Positions 1 through 9,459 of a stretch of 64,000 nucleotides of DNA are shown piece after piece. Numbering within the stretch: the first letter of the stretch is position 1; each line of letters begins with the position of its first letter. The position numbers were made by a program, and so were the translations under genes. The DNA is from Candidatus Peribacteria bacterium (lineage in GTDB: Bacteria > Patescibacteriota > Gracilibacteria > Peribacterales > Peribacteraceae), in contig JBEPVF010000002.1 in assembly GCA_041691135.1 (NCBI GenBank), positions 96,001 through 160,000 of the forward strand, written 5' to 3'. Under the pieces are notes generated by a model that made no database searches, had not been told where the DNA came from, and was given only the letters and a program-made list of their open reading frames with translations.

Positions 1-1860
1 GAGGACACGTCCCTTACATTTAACAACCTAAAGAAAGACTTTGGGATTGAAGTGGCAAAGCTGGTGGAGGGCGTGACCAAAGTGGGAAAAGTGGAACAGA
101 CGCTCGGCAAGCACGAACGGAACATGCAGTCGATTCGTAAAATGTTCCGGGCGATGGGACATGATTTGCGCGTCATCTTCATCAAGCTGGCAGACCGTCT
201 GCACAACATGATGACCATCGATTATGTGCCGCTGGAAAAACAACAGCGCATTGCGCGCGAAACACAGGAGATATTTTGTCCGCTAGCCGACCTGCTTGGC
301 ATACGCATCTGGTACCAACAGTTGGATGATCTCGCGTTTCGTACTCTGGAACCGCAGCGCTATCAAACCATCAGACGGAAGCGCGATGTGGCAAATAGGG
401 AGCAACGAGAGGCACTGGATGCATGGATGAACGAAATGAAAGTCTTCTTTAAGGAACACGGCTTTGCGTCAGTCCGATTCTTACTGCAAAAAAAGCATCT
501 GCACAGCATTGTTCAGGAGATCCGTGATGAACAGGAAATGCTTAATCAGCTCGAAACGTATTATGTCGTACGCATTGTTGTTCCGGATAGTGATGCCTGT
601 TTCCTGGCATTGGGAACACTGCACGAATTCGCCACGGCTCTGCCGAATTCCATTCAAGACTTCATCACTCAGCCGAAGGCAAACGGCTATCAGGCGCTTC
701 ATACCACCGTATTCTCGGGGCCAGGGAATTCAATCCGGGCAGTGATTTTTACCGAGCAGATGGAAAAGATGGCTGAATTTGGAGCGGCACTGCCGTACCA
801 GCTCAAAGAAGAACACCGCTGGAGCACTCTCCCTTCCTGGATTGAGGCACTGGTGTCGCTGGACCATCAGCAAAAAGATTTGAATGATTTTCTGCAAGCG
901 GTGCAGCAGGAAATTTTCCGGGTGCGTCATCGTATTTATATCTCCGGCTACAAACAAAAATTTTTGGACCTGCCGGCCCGGGCAAGTCTGCTCGACGCGA
1001 GTCTGTACGCCGGAGAACCGTGGAACACCAAAGCGGAGAAAGCTTTTTTGAACGGCAAGGAAACATCTCTCAGGCAATCGGTCTACGACGGAGACATCGT
1101 GGATTTCATTATGTCGAACAAAGCGGTGGAGCGACGCGCCGAAGATCTCGTCTATGCACATACCACTTTCGGTCAACAGACGTTAATCGAACTGCTCAGC
1201 GCATTGCCGGCCACGAAAGCAGTATCGTACGGCAAGGAATATTTCGATTCGGTTTTCAGCGTGGCGATGGATCCGTTCTTTCCGGTTGCGTGGCAGAAAG
1301 AAGTCAGCGCCCAGGTCAGTCCTTCCCCGCGTCAGCTGGAAGATATAGGACATGGTGTGCTGAATCCATTTTCTTTATTGGAGGAGAAATGTTTGGCATC
1401 CCATTTCTTCCTGCTCAACCCGGCTTGTTTTCTACTTGCCAACCAACCGCAGAATCTTCACATGCGCTTCATCCTCCGGACAAGCCTGGAAAATCTCCGA
1501 AGTAGGCGGATCATCGGCGTGCAAGTACAACCCGATGTAGTGAATATTATGGACAGTGCCGATTACGGCAATAAACGCGAATACCGGGAAGAGCTCGTTT
1601 CCCTCAAGATAGCCAATCCTGAACTCCTGGCTCATCCGTTCGCGTTTGCGCTGATGTGGACATTTATGGCCCAAATTAATCCGCTCGAAACAATTGCAGG
1701 ATTGCAGGAATTGATTGATACTCCTATCAACCTGATTCAAGTCAGTGGCAACTCCATCACACTCGGCTTTCATACCGATAAACTCCATACAATACGCGCT
1801 GTATATGAGCATTTGAGAAGTCTCCCTCACATTCTAAACATTCTCCGCATTTCCCCTTAA
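1..1860 (+). CDS. RelA/SpoT homolog (RSH), 5'-partial; HD hydrolase motifs intact, synthetase domain degenerate
   Basis: Frame is open from base 1 (EDTSLT...). Motifs EDT, LVEGVTK, IKLADRLHNM, PKANGYQALHTT; TGS-like and ACT-like C-terminus. Confidence 0.9.
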   Translation, partial: EDTSLTFNNLKKDFGIEVAKLVEGVTKVGKVEQTLGKHERNMQSIRKMFRAMGHDLRVIFIKLADRLHNMMTIDYVPLEKQQRIARETQEIFCPLADLLGIRIWYQQLDDLAFRTLEPQRYQTIRRKRDVANREQREALDAWMNEMKVFFKEHGFASVRFLLQKKHLHSIVQEIRDEQEMLNQLETYYVVRIVVPDSDACFLALGTLHEFATALPNSIQDFITQPKANGYQALHTTVFSGPGNSIRAVIFTEQMEKMAEFGAALPYQLKEEHRWSTLPSWIEALVSLDHQQKDLNDFLQAVQQEIFRVRHRIYISGYKQKFLDLPARASLLDASLYAGEPWNTKAEKAFLNGKETSLRQSVYDGDIVDFIMSNKAVERRAEDLVYAHTTFGQQTLIELLSALPATKAVSYGKEYFDSVFSVAMDPFFPVAWQKEVSAQVSPSPRQLEDIGHGVLNPFSLLEEKCLASHFFLLNPACFLLANQPQNLHMRFILRTSLENLRSRRIIGVQVQPDVVNIMDSADYGNKREYREELVSLKIANPELLAHPFAFALMWTFMAQINPLETIAGLQELIDTPINLIQVSGNSITLGFHTDKLHTIRAVYEHLRSLPHILNILRISP

Positions 1861-1864
1861 CTCC

Positions 1865-2881
1865 GTGGCATCTCGACCTTCCATTCTGCTCCTCTATTCC
1901 GGAGGAACCATCGGTATGCGGCAGAACGCAAAGACATCCGCACTCGAACCATACTTCGATGTAGACGATTTGGTGCGATATACAAAAAGTCTGACGAAAG
2001 TCATCTCCATCGATACCCGAACAATCACGAATATCGACAGCACGAACATGCAGCCGCATCATTGGATGAATATCGCCCAGGTAGTGCAGCAAGAATACGA
2101 CAACTATGACGGATTCGTCGTGGCACATGGAACGGATACCATGGCTTACACGGCTTCGGCTCTCAGTTTTTCCCTGGGGAATCTCGGCAAGCCGATCGTT
2201 CTGACCGGCGCACAGGTCCCGCCCGACATTCTGGGCAGCGATTCGGGTTCGAATCTTATACATGCCTGTCAGGTGGCGACGATGGACTTTGCCGAAGTAG
2301 CCATCGTCTTCGGTACAAAGATTCTCCGCGGCAATCGAAGTCTCAAAGTGAGCGAGAGTGAGCGCAACGCATTCCTTTCGCCTATCTTCCCAGATCTCGG
2401 CTCCATTCGTCTACGTCCGGAACTGAATCCGATGAATGCGAAGCGACGTCACAACAGCCCGTTGGAAATGCACAACAACTTTGTCGGCAATGTCGCAGTG
2501 GTCAAATGCGTCCCCGGCATGTCGCCGAAAATCATCGAGTCCATCGTCGCGTCGGGCATTGACGGCCTCATTTTGGAATCGTTCGGACCAGGCAATGTTC
2601 CAAGCAAGGAAAATTCGCTGCTCCCGCCGATCAAAGCAACGCTCGAGAAAAATATTCCGGTACTCATCGCCACGCAATGCATCTACGGCGCAACGCGCAT
2701 GTACTTGTACGATGTCGGACAAAAAGCCATCAAGCTCGGCGTTATTCCGACCGGTGATATGACGCCCGAAGCGGCGTACGTTAAACTGAAGTGGGCACTG
2801 GCACAGAGCAAAAAAATAACCGATATTAGTGTCATTTTTTCCACGGATATCGCAGGCGAAATCACCATAGCCAATCCGTAA
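1865..2881 (+). CDS. ansA: Type I (cytoplasmic) L-asparaginase
   Basis: SGGTIGM, NIDSTNM, HGTDTMAYTASALSF and SFGPGN motifs; no signal peptide. Confidence 0.92.
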   Translation: MASRPSILLLYSGGTIGMRQNAKTSALEPYFDVDDLVRYTKSLTKVISIDTRTITNIDSTNMQPHHWMNIAQVVQQEYDNYDGFVVAHGTDTMAYTASALSFSLGNLGKPIVLTGAQVPPDILGSDSGSNLIHACQVATMDFAEVAIVFGTKILRGNRSLKVSESERNAFLSPIFPDLGSIRLRPELNPMNAKRRHNSPLEMHNNFVGNVAVVKCVPGMSPKIIESIVASGIDGLILESFGPGNVPSKENSLLPPIKATLEKNIPVLIATQCIYGATRMYLYDVGQKAIKLGVIPTGDMTPEAAYVKLKWALAQSKKITDISVIFSTDIAGEITIANP

Positions 2882-2930
2882 GACGGCAAATTTCCTCTGT
2901 CCGATGCACCCTTTCTGATACTCTTTGCCC

Positions 2931-5900
2931 ATGCCTTTCGACCCCGTCGACCCCAAACAGTCATTGCCCGATATGGAGCGCGGCATTCTGCGCTACTGGC
3001 AGGAGGAAGATACTTTCAAGCGGTCCATCCGCAGCAAGGTCGTCGAGGACGTAAACAAGAAGCGCGAGGACGATCAAAACACGCAGTACAGCTTCTACGA
3101 CGGACCGCCATTCGCCACAGGTTTGCCGCACTACGGACATCTGCTGGCCGGCACTATTAAGGATGTAATCCCGCGTTACCAGACAATGAAGGGCAAACAT
3201 GTGCAGCGCCGGTTCGGCTGGGATTGCCATGGTTTACCGGTCGAGTACGAGATCGAGAAAGCGAATAACCTGACCCGCATAGACATCGAAGAGATGGGTG
3301 TGAAAGCATTCAACGATCTGTGTCGCAGCGTAGTGCAGCGTTACACCAAAGAGTGGCGCGTGACGGTGGAACGCATGGGTCGCTGGGTGGATATGGATTG
3401 GGACTACCGCACGATGGATCCCGAATATATGGAGAGTATCTGGTGGGGGTTCAAGGAGCTGCACAAAAAAGGACTCGTGTACCAAGGCTTCCGTCCGATG
3501 CACATCTGTCCACGTTGCGTGACGCCGCTGAGCAACTTTGAGGTGACGCAGGGATATAAGGAGGTGACGGACTTGTCGGCGGTGGCGAAATTCCTTTTGA
3601 CGGAGGGGACCGATGGAACCGAAGAAACCGAGGAGAAAACATTTTTCTTGGCGTGGACGACGACGCCGTGGACGTTGCCGGGAAATTTATTCTTGGCGGT
3701 GAATCCTGAGGTTGAATACGTTAAATGGAATTGGAATGATGAATTTTTTATTTCTTCAAAAGAATTCTTTAAAGAATGGAAAGAAAAAGGAGCAGGGCAG
3801 TATGCACCAGTCGTAAAACCGGGTCATCATATACCGGAATCGCCTCGCGTCATGCAAGAATACAAAGGAACTGAACTGGTAGGAAAAAATTATGAACCAC
3901 TGTTCCCGTATTTCGCTGATCAATATCCGGATGCGTTCCGCGTAGTAGAAGGTGATTTCGTGACGACGGAGGACGGAACGGGAATCGTGCACATTGCTCC
4001 GGGCTTCGGGGAAGATGACTTCAAGACCGGCCAGCGCGAAAAAGTGAAGATGCTCCAGCATGTGACAATGGACGGAAAGTTCATCAAAGAAGTGACGGAT
4101 TTTTCCGGTATGGAAGTGAAGCCGAAGGACAAGCCGTCAAGCATGGATCAGAAGATCAATGAGTATTTGAAAACGCACGGAACGCTGTTCGAAGAGAAAC
4201 CGTTCCGGCACACGTACCCACACTGCTGGCGCTGCGACTCCCCTCTTCTGAACTACGCGACGTCATCGTGGTTTGTATCGGTCGAAAAGATCAAGGACAA
4301 GATGCTGAAGAACAACGCGAAAACGGAATGGGTGCCGGCGCACATTCGTGACGGGCGGTTCGGGAAGTGGCTCGAGAACGCACACGACTGGTCGGTGTCC
4401 CGCAACCGTTTCTGGGGCACGCCTCTGCCACTGTGGATAAATGACGAGACCGGCGAGATCGAAGCCATCGGCAGCCGCGATGAACTGATTGCCAAAGATC
4501 CGCAGCGCTTTACGAAGCTCACGGTGATCCGTCATGCCGAGAGCGAGGGGAATTTGATACCGATTTATCAGGGTACCGTACCGGGCACATCGCTCTCAAA
4601 AAACGGCATCTCTCAAGCGAAGGAGTTGGCCAAGCTGATGAAGAAAGAACCTGTGCATGTCATCTATACATCGCCGCTCGATCGGGCCAAACAAACGGCT
4701 GACATCGTCGGCAAAGCGGTGAAGACCGAGGTGACCGTCGATGATCGTCTACGCGAAGTATCGTTCGGCGAGTACGAAGGCAAGATGGTCGACTTCAGCG
4801 ACCTGAGTTTTGTAAAAGCCAAGCGTGCCAAGCAGCTGGAAGCCGATGCAGTGGAGAGCATTTACCATTTCCCGGGCATGGAAACGTGGGGCGAAGTGTC
4901 GTCGCGCGTGATGCCGTTCCTGCAGGAAATAATCGAGAAACATAAGGGCGAGCATGTCGTGATCGTGACGCATGCCGATCCCATCCAACACGTGCGACAA
5001 TTCTTCACCGATCAGGAACCTCGCAAACTGGTGAATCAGCCGTATCCGAGCTTTACTGAACCGTACACGTTCTACTGGGATCACCGGACAAACGCGCCGC
5101 TGGATCTGCACAAAGAAATCGTCGATGACATCACGTGGCAGGCCGGCAGCGACGAAAACGCAGTCACACTCACGGTCGTCAGGCACGGCCAGAGTGATTG
5201 GAATATCGACGAACGCATTGCCGGAGCGAGTGACCGACCGTTATCGGATAAAGGTCGCGAGCAGGCAGCCGCATTACGACAAAAATTGAACGCCAACGAC
5301 TACGATGTGATTCTCTCATCTGATTTGGAGCGCACGCTCGAAACGGGGCGCATCGCCACCAGCGGATGGGGCAAGGAAATCGTCGTGGAACCATTGTTCC
5401 GCGAACAGAATCTGGGTGACTGGGAAGGTAAATTGCTGGAAGAAGTACGCAAGGAACATCCGGAGTATTCCGAAAATTTTCTGAAGGACGTGGCAGAAGT
5501 TCCTGGCGGTGAGAATCGCCGCGAGTTCCTCAACCGCGTACGTGAAGCAATCAAGTACCTGCGAGAGAAACACAAAGGCAAGCGCGTGCTGCTCTTCACG
5601 CACCGTCGCTGGATCTCGGGCTTGCGGCACCTGAAACTGGCCGCACCGATCTGGGAACCGCTCGAGAACACGCATCACGAAACTCTCGTCCTGAAGCCAA
5701 CTTTCCGCCGGGTGGGCGATGTGTTCGACTGCTGGGTGGAAAGCGGATCGATGCCGTTCGCACAGAGTCATTATCCATTCGAGAGTGGCCACAAAAAAGA
5801 CGTACCTCCTGGTTTTCCAGCCAACTTCATCGCCGAAGGAATTGATCAGACGCGTGGATGGTTTTATACACTGACGGTATTGGCAACGGCGCTGTTCGAT

Positions 5901-7304
5901 AGTCCGGCATTCCATCATTGTATTGTGAACGGCACGGTGCTGGCGGAGGACGGCAAAAAGATGAGCAAGCGTTTGAAGAATTATCCTGAGCCACTTGTGG
6001 TAGTGGAGAAGCATGGCGCTGATGCGGTACGCTTTGCACTCATGAGTTCACCGGCCGTTCGCGGCGAAGACATGCGCTTTTCCGAAAAAACAGTCGAGGA
6101 GACGGTTCGCAATGTGCTGTTGCCGCTGTGGAATACCTATTCATTCTTCGTCACCTACGCGAACGCAGCCCAGTGGAAACCGAGCATGGAGAGACGTGAA
6201 TCGACGCATCCTTTGGACCGATGGATAAAAGCCGAAGTACAGGACCTGACTAATCGTATGACAGCCCAGCTCGATCGATACGACCTGTCGGCATCATGCG
6301 GCGAACTCGACGAGACGATCGATGCACTCACCAATTGGTATATCCGCCTCTCGCGCCGGCGGTTTGCCGGCAAGTCGGCATTGCAGGAACAGGGGCCTAT
6401 CGAAGGCGCAAAACCCGAGGAGCAAGCTGACGCGCTTGGCACGCTCTACGACGTTCTTGTCACGCTCACTCAGCTGTTAGCACCGTTCTGTCCGTTCATG
6501 ACCGAAGAGATCTACTTGAATTTGGCAGCCGATGACCACGGCTCGGTCCACCTCACGCGCTGGCCCACAACTCGGGCGCTGACGAAAGAAGAGAACGTGA
6601 TCATCGAAAAAAATCGTCTGCTCCGCCGCATCGTCTCACTCGGACTCTCCATTCGTTCGGAAAAGAAAGTGAAAGTACGACAGCCATTGCAACAAGCTCT
6701 CGTTGCCGTTCCGGCGACTCTCCGATCGATCGTGAACATCACATCCGAAGACGTGGCGCTTCTGCGTGACGAGATCAACGTGCGCGAAGTGGAATTCGTG
6801 GACGACCCCGGCAGTTTGGCACAAGCAATTGCGCTGGTGGATGCCAGAAAAGCAGGCCCGCGTTTCGGCGGTGCCGTTCAGGAACTGATTGCCGCCGGTA
6901 AGCGCGGTGAGTTCGAGCAGAAGGGCGACACGATCATCATTGCCGGCAAAGAATTGAGCAAGGAAGAAGCCACCATCGTCTATCGCGGCAAAGACGGGGA
7001 CACAGACAACGTTGCCGCTGATCACGGCGTCGTCGTGAGTCTCGATACGAACATCACTCCCGAACTGCAGCTCGAAGGTAACGCCCGCGATCTGATCCGC
7101 GCGATTCAAAAAGAACGCAAAGAATCGGCACTGCAAATGCAAGATCGAATCAGTCTGAAAATCGAAGGGGCGGATGATGTCGTCCAACTACATAAGAGCC
7201 TGATCGAACGCGAGACCAATGCCACCTTCGGCTCGGCCTCGGGAAGCGAATATGCGGTGGATGTGGAGGGAAAGAAGGTGATGTTTTGGTTTGAGAAGGT
7301 GTGA
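2931..7304 (+). CDS. ileS: Isoleucine--tRNA ligase (type 2) with two inserted histidine-phosphatase domains
   Basis: YDGPPFATGLPHYGH, GWDCHGLP, WTTTPWTLP, GTGIVH, SRNRFWGTPLP, EGIDQTRGWF, KMSKR; inserts carry RHAES and RHGQS motifs. Confidence 0.97.
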   Translation: MPFDPVDPKQSLPDMERGILRYWQEEDTFKRSIRSKVVEDVNKKREDDQNTQYSFYDGPPFATGLPHYGHLLAGTIKDVIPRYQTMKGKHVQRRFGWDCHGLPVEYEIEKANNLTRIDIEEMGVKAFNDLCRSVVQRYTKEWRVTVERMGRWVDMDWDYRTMDPEYMESIWWGFKELHKKGLVYQGFRPMHICPRCVTPLSNFEVTQGYKEVTDLSAVAKFLLTEGTDGTEETEEKTFFLAWTTTPWTLPGNLFLAVNPEVEYVKWNWNDEFFISSKEFFKEWKEKGAGQYAPVVKPGHHIPESPRVMQEYKGTELVGKNYEPLFPYFADQYPDAFRVVEGDFVTTEDGTGIVHIAPGFGEDDFKTGQREKVKMLQHVTMDGKFIKEVTDFSGMEVKPKDKPSSMDQKINEYLKTHGTLFEEKPFRHTYPHCWRCDSPLLNYATSSWFVSVEKIKDKMLKNNAKTEWVPAHIRDGRFGKWLENAHDWSVSRNRFWGTPLPLWINDETGEIEAIGSRDELIAKDPQRFTKLTVIRHAESEGNLIPIYQGTVPGTSLSKNGISQAKELAKLMKKEPVHVIYTSPLDRAKQTADIVGKAVKTEVTVDDRLREVSFGEYEGKMVDFSDLSFVKAKRAKQLEADAVESIYHFPGMETWGEVSSRVMPFLQEIIEKHKGEHVVIVTHADPIQHVRQFFTDQEPRKLVNQPYPSFTEPYTFYWDHRTNAPLDLHKEIVDDITWQAGSDENAVTLTVVRHGQSDWNIDERIAGASDRPLSDKGREQAAALRQKLNANDYDVILSSDLERTLETGRIATSGWGKEIVVEPLFREQNLGDWEGKLLEEVRKEHPEYSENFLKDVAEVPGGENRREFLNRVREAIKYLREKHKGKRVLLFTHRRWISGLRHLKLAAPIWEPLENTHHETLVLKPTFRRVGDVFDCWVESGSMPFAQSHYPFESGHKKDVPPGFPANFIAEGIDQTRGWFYTLTVLATALFDSPAFHHCIVNGTVLAEDGKKMSKRLKNYPEPLVVVEKHGADAVRFALMSSPAVRGEDMRFSEKTVEETVRNVLLPLWNTYSFFVTYANAAQWKPSMERRESTHPLDRWIKAEVQDLTNRMTAQLDRYDLSASCGELDETIDALTNWYIRLSRRRFAGKSALQEQGPIEGAKPEEQADALGTLYDVLVTLTQLLAPFCPFMTEEIYLNLAADDHGSVHLTRWPTTRALTKEENVIIEKNRLLRRIVSLGLSIRSEKKVKVRQPLQQALVAVPATLRSIVNITSEDVALLRDEINVREVEFVDDPGSLAQAIALVDARKAGPRFGGAVQELIAAGKRGEFEQKGDTIIIAGKELSKEEATIVYRGKDGDTDNVAADHGVVVSLDTNITPELQLEGNARDLIRAIQKERKESALQMQDRISLKIEGADDVVQLHKSLIERETNATFGSASGSEYAVDVEGKKVMFWFEKV
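3600..3635 (+). repeat. Degenerate 9-bp tandem repeat (ACCGAnGRA-like x4), in frame inside ileS (TEG-TDG-TEE-TEE)
   Basis: acggagggg accgatgga accgaagaa accgaggag; the same unit occurs at 7307-7342 and 40402-40434. Confidence 0.6.
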
Positions 7305-7306
7305 TG

Positions 7307-7342
7307 TGCGAGGAAACCGACGGAACCGAGGGAACCGAGGAT
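7307..7342 (+). repeat. 9-bp tandem microrepeat (ACCGAnGGA)
   Basis: tgcgaggaa accgacgga accgaggga accgaggat, directly after the ileS stop. Confidence 0.7.
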
Positions 7343-7360
7343 TTTGTTTTTCTGCATTCT

Positions 7361-7596
7361 CACTACTTCCAGGCGGCCCTACGCCGCCCAACCTCTTCGC
7401 CTGCTCGCTATTCCAGGCAAACACTCCTCCGACTATGTGGTGGGGATGAGTGGTTACGAGCCCTGCTGTCGCCAGCCCACAGGCGCGACAGCAGGGCGAG
7501 GTGGGTCATAGGCGGTGCGCTTTCTTTGGTCCTTTCTTTGTCGGGGAGACAAAGAAAGGACACCAGTGGTGATTGGAGAGGTTGGTGCTGGGGAAT
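7361..7596 (+). repeat. Structured intergenic repeat, copy 1 of 3 (~235 nt)
   Basis: Aligns by eye to 18511-18743 and 33813-34050; hairpins ccctgctgtcgc/gcgacagcaggg and gtcctttctttgtc/gacaaagaaaggac. Confidence 0.9.
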
Positions 7597-7751
7597 CATG
7601 AACATCCGCGGGTAGCAAACCCGCTCCCCTAGAGAAAATTGAAGCAAGGAATGATGAAGACATAGAACACAACCGCGCCAAGAGATAGCGCTCTGTAGTA
7701 GCAAAGATACGAGGATTGGAAAATCATCCTCTCTAAGATATCCTACGAACC

Positions 7752-8147
7752 ATGACTGACTCCCGAAACAGGTTATCCGCACCTGCGCGTTTATTCATTC
7801 GTGCGATACTGAATATATTGCTCGTCTGGGCAATGGCGACGTACTTATCTGAATACTTCCTGCTCACTGGCGGCCTTGGCGCTGTCATTATTGTCGGCGC
7901 ACTGCTCACGCTCATGAATGTCATCGTCCGGCCTCTGCTCAAACTTCTGACCCTGCCGCTGCGCCTATTCGCCATGGTCATTGCGCTCATACTGGTGAAC
8001 GGCGTTTTCATTTGGCTCATCTACCAGATTACACAACAAATGGATCCGACAGTCGTGAGACTGCAGATCATAGGCGCTGCCGGGTGGGTAATCGTCAGCG
8101 TCGTGTTCGGCATCGGCAACTGGCTGATAAAGGCTGCTCTCAAATAA
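7752..8147 (+). CDS. 4-TM phage-holin-like (YvlD/DUF360) membrane protein
   Basis: NVIVRPLLKLLTLPL...NG signature; four hydrophobic segments. Confidence 0.8.
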   Translation: MTDSRNRLSAPARLFIRAILNILLVWAMATYLSEYFLLTGGLGAVIIVGALLTLMNVIVRPLLKLLTLPLRLFAMVIALILVNGVFIWLIYQITQQMDPTVVRLQIIGAAGWVIVSVVFGIGNWLIKAALK

Positions 8148-8175
8148 CTCGTCCCGGTATCTCTCGGGTTTTACC

Positions 8176-9459
8176 ATGACTCCTCTTCATGCTCCCAAAG
8201 CCCGGCCGCTGATTCCGCTGTTCATCGCCGTGTTGGTAGACATGCTCGGCGTGGGCGTTTCGATTCCGGTACTCACGGTAGTAATACTGAGTTCACAACA
8301 GGGCATTCTGCCGCCGGACATGCCCTTCGCCCAGCGGTCGATTATTTTTGGGTTCCTCCTGGCCAGTTACCCATTGGCCCAGTTTTTTGGGGCCCCCATT
8401 CTAGGCTCATTGTCCGATCGCTATGGTCGCAAGCCGACGCTGCTGCTCACATTGGCGGGAACCGCAATGGGTTATCTTCTCTTCGCGTTGGGTATCGAAG
8501 CACGGGACCTCACACTCCTATTCGCCTCTCGCTTGCTCGATGGAGTGACAGGCGGGAATATTTCGATTGCCGTTTCGGCCACTGCTGATATCAGTTCAGC
8601 CCATACAAAAGCCAAAAACTTCGGTTTAATAGGAATGGCCTACGGCATGGGTCTCATCTTCGGTCCGTATCTGGGAGGCAAGCTAAGCGACCCTTCAATT
8701 CTGCCGTTCTTCCGCCTTTCGACTCCTTTTATCTTTGCTGCACTGCTGACCATCCTGAATATTGTCCTGTTCCTGCTCTTTTTTAGGGAAACACTGCAAA
8801 ATCGCTCAAGCGCTCGTATTCACTTGTTCACAGGATTCCACAATATCAGTCGGGCATTTCAGCTCAAAGATTTACGGACAATCCTCATCGTGGTGTTTCT
8901 GATCAACTTTGGCTTCAACTTCTTCGTACAGTTTTTCCAGGTCTTCTTGTACCAGAAATTCGCCTACACTCCGGGGCAGATCGGTGATCTGTTTGCCTTC
9001 ACAGGACTCTGGATTGCCGGCGTACAAGGATTTTTGGTCCATCCAGCGACCAAACGCTTTGCTCTGTCGCGCATCCTCGCAGTGTGCACGTTCTTTTTTG
9101 CCGGGACGCTTCTGCTCTTGCTTGTCCCCAATCGACCGGCATACCTCTTCGTCATCCTGCCATTCATGGCGGTGTTCTATGGATTGATGGATGCGACCTC
9201 TACAACCATTGTATCTAATTTGAGTGGAGCGCATGTGCAAGGCGAAATCATCGGTATTAAGCAATCGCTCCAATCATTGGCAACAGCCGTACCACCTATC
9301 CTTGCCGGCTTTGTTGCAACGATGGGTTTACACCTGCCCATTCTGGTCGCCAGTGTGTGTACATTTGCCGCAGGGTTGGTTTTCGTGGTTGGCTTCCGTC
9401 ATAAACATGATCTGACTGATATTGTTCCTACGGAACCGCCAGAGCTGCCCCCGCTATAA
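8176..9459 (+). CDS. MFS transporter, TetA/DHA1-like
   Basis: GSLSDRYGRKP (motif A), SRLLDGVTGGN, GLIFGPYLGG; about 12 TM segments. Confidence 0.9.
   Translation: MTPLHAPKARPLIPLFIAVLVDMLGVGVSIPVLTVVILSSQQGILPPDMPFAQRSIIFGFLLASYPLAQFFGAPILGSLSDRYGRKPTLLLTLAGTAMGYLLFALGIEARDLTLLFASRLLDGVTGGNISIAVSATADISSAHTKAKNFGLIGMAYGMGLIFGPYLGGKLSDPSILPFFRLSTPFIFAALLTILNIVLFLLFFRETLQNRSSARIHLFTGFHNISRAFQLKDLRTILIVVFLINFGFNFFVQFFQVFLYQKFAYTPGQIGDLFAFTGLWIAGVQGFLVHPATKRFALSRILAVCTFFFAGTLLLLLVPNRPAYLFVILPFMAVFYGLMDATSTTIVSNLSGAHVQGEIIGIKQSLQSLATAVPPILAGFVATMGLHLPILVASVCTFAAGLVFVVGFRHKHDLTDIVPTEPPELPPL

Noticed and set aside
4500-5705. Inteins in IleRS
   Set aside because: No C/S...HN splice junctions or homing-endonuclease motifs; the inserts carry histidine-phosphatase motifs instead.
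7307-7342. CRISPR array
   Set aside because: The 9-bp units are contiguous with no spacers; no 25-45-bp repeat/spacer periodicity or cas genes are seen anywhere in the window.
7361-7596. T-box riboswitch linked to ileS/alaS
   Set aside because: The copies lie downstream of the synthetase genes, one copy is unrelated to any synthetase, and no convincing specifier stem or T-box antiterminator was found.
7301-7782. ORFs 7301-7615, 7408-7782, 18643-18858 and 33860-34063 as a small protein family
   Set aside because: Their similarity comes from the non-coding repeat; frames, strands and ends are not conserved among copies while base pairing is.
7752-8147. Prophage indicated by a holin-like gene
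   Set aside because: This family is common in chromosomes, and no endolysin, terminase or structural genes are nearby.
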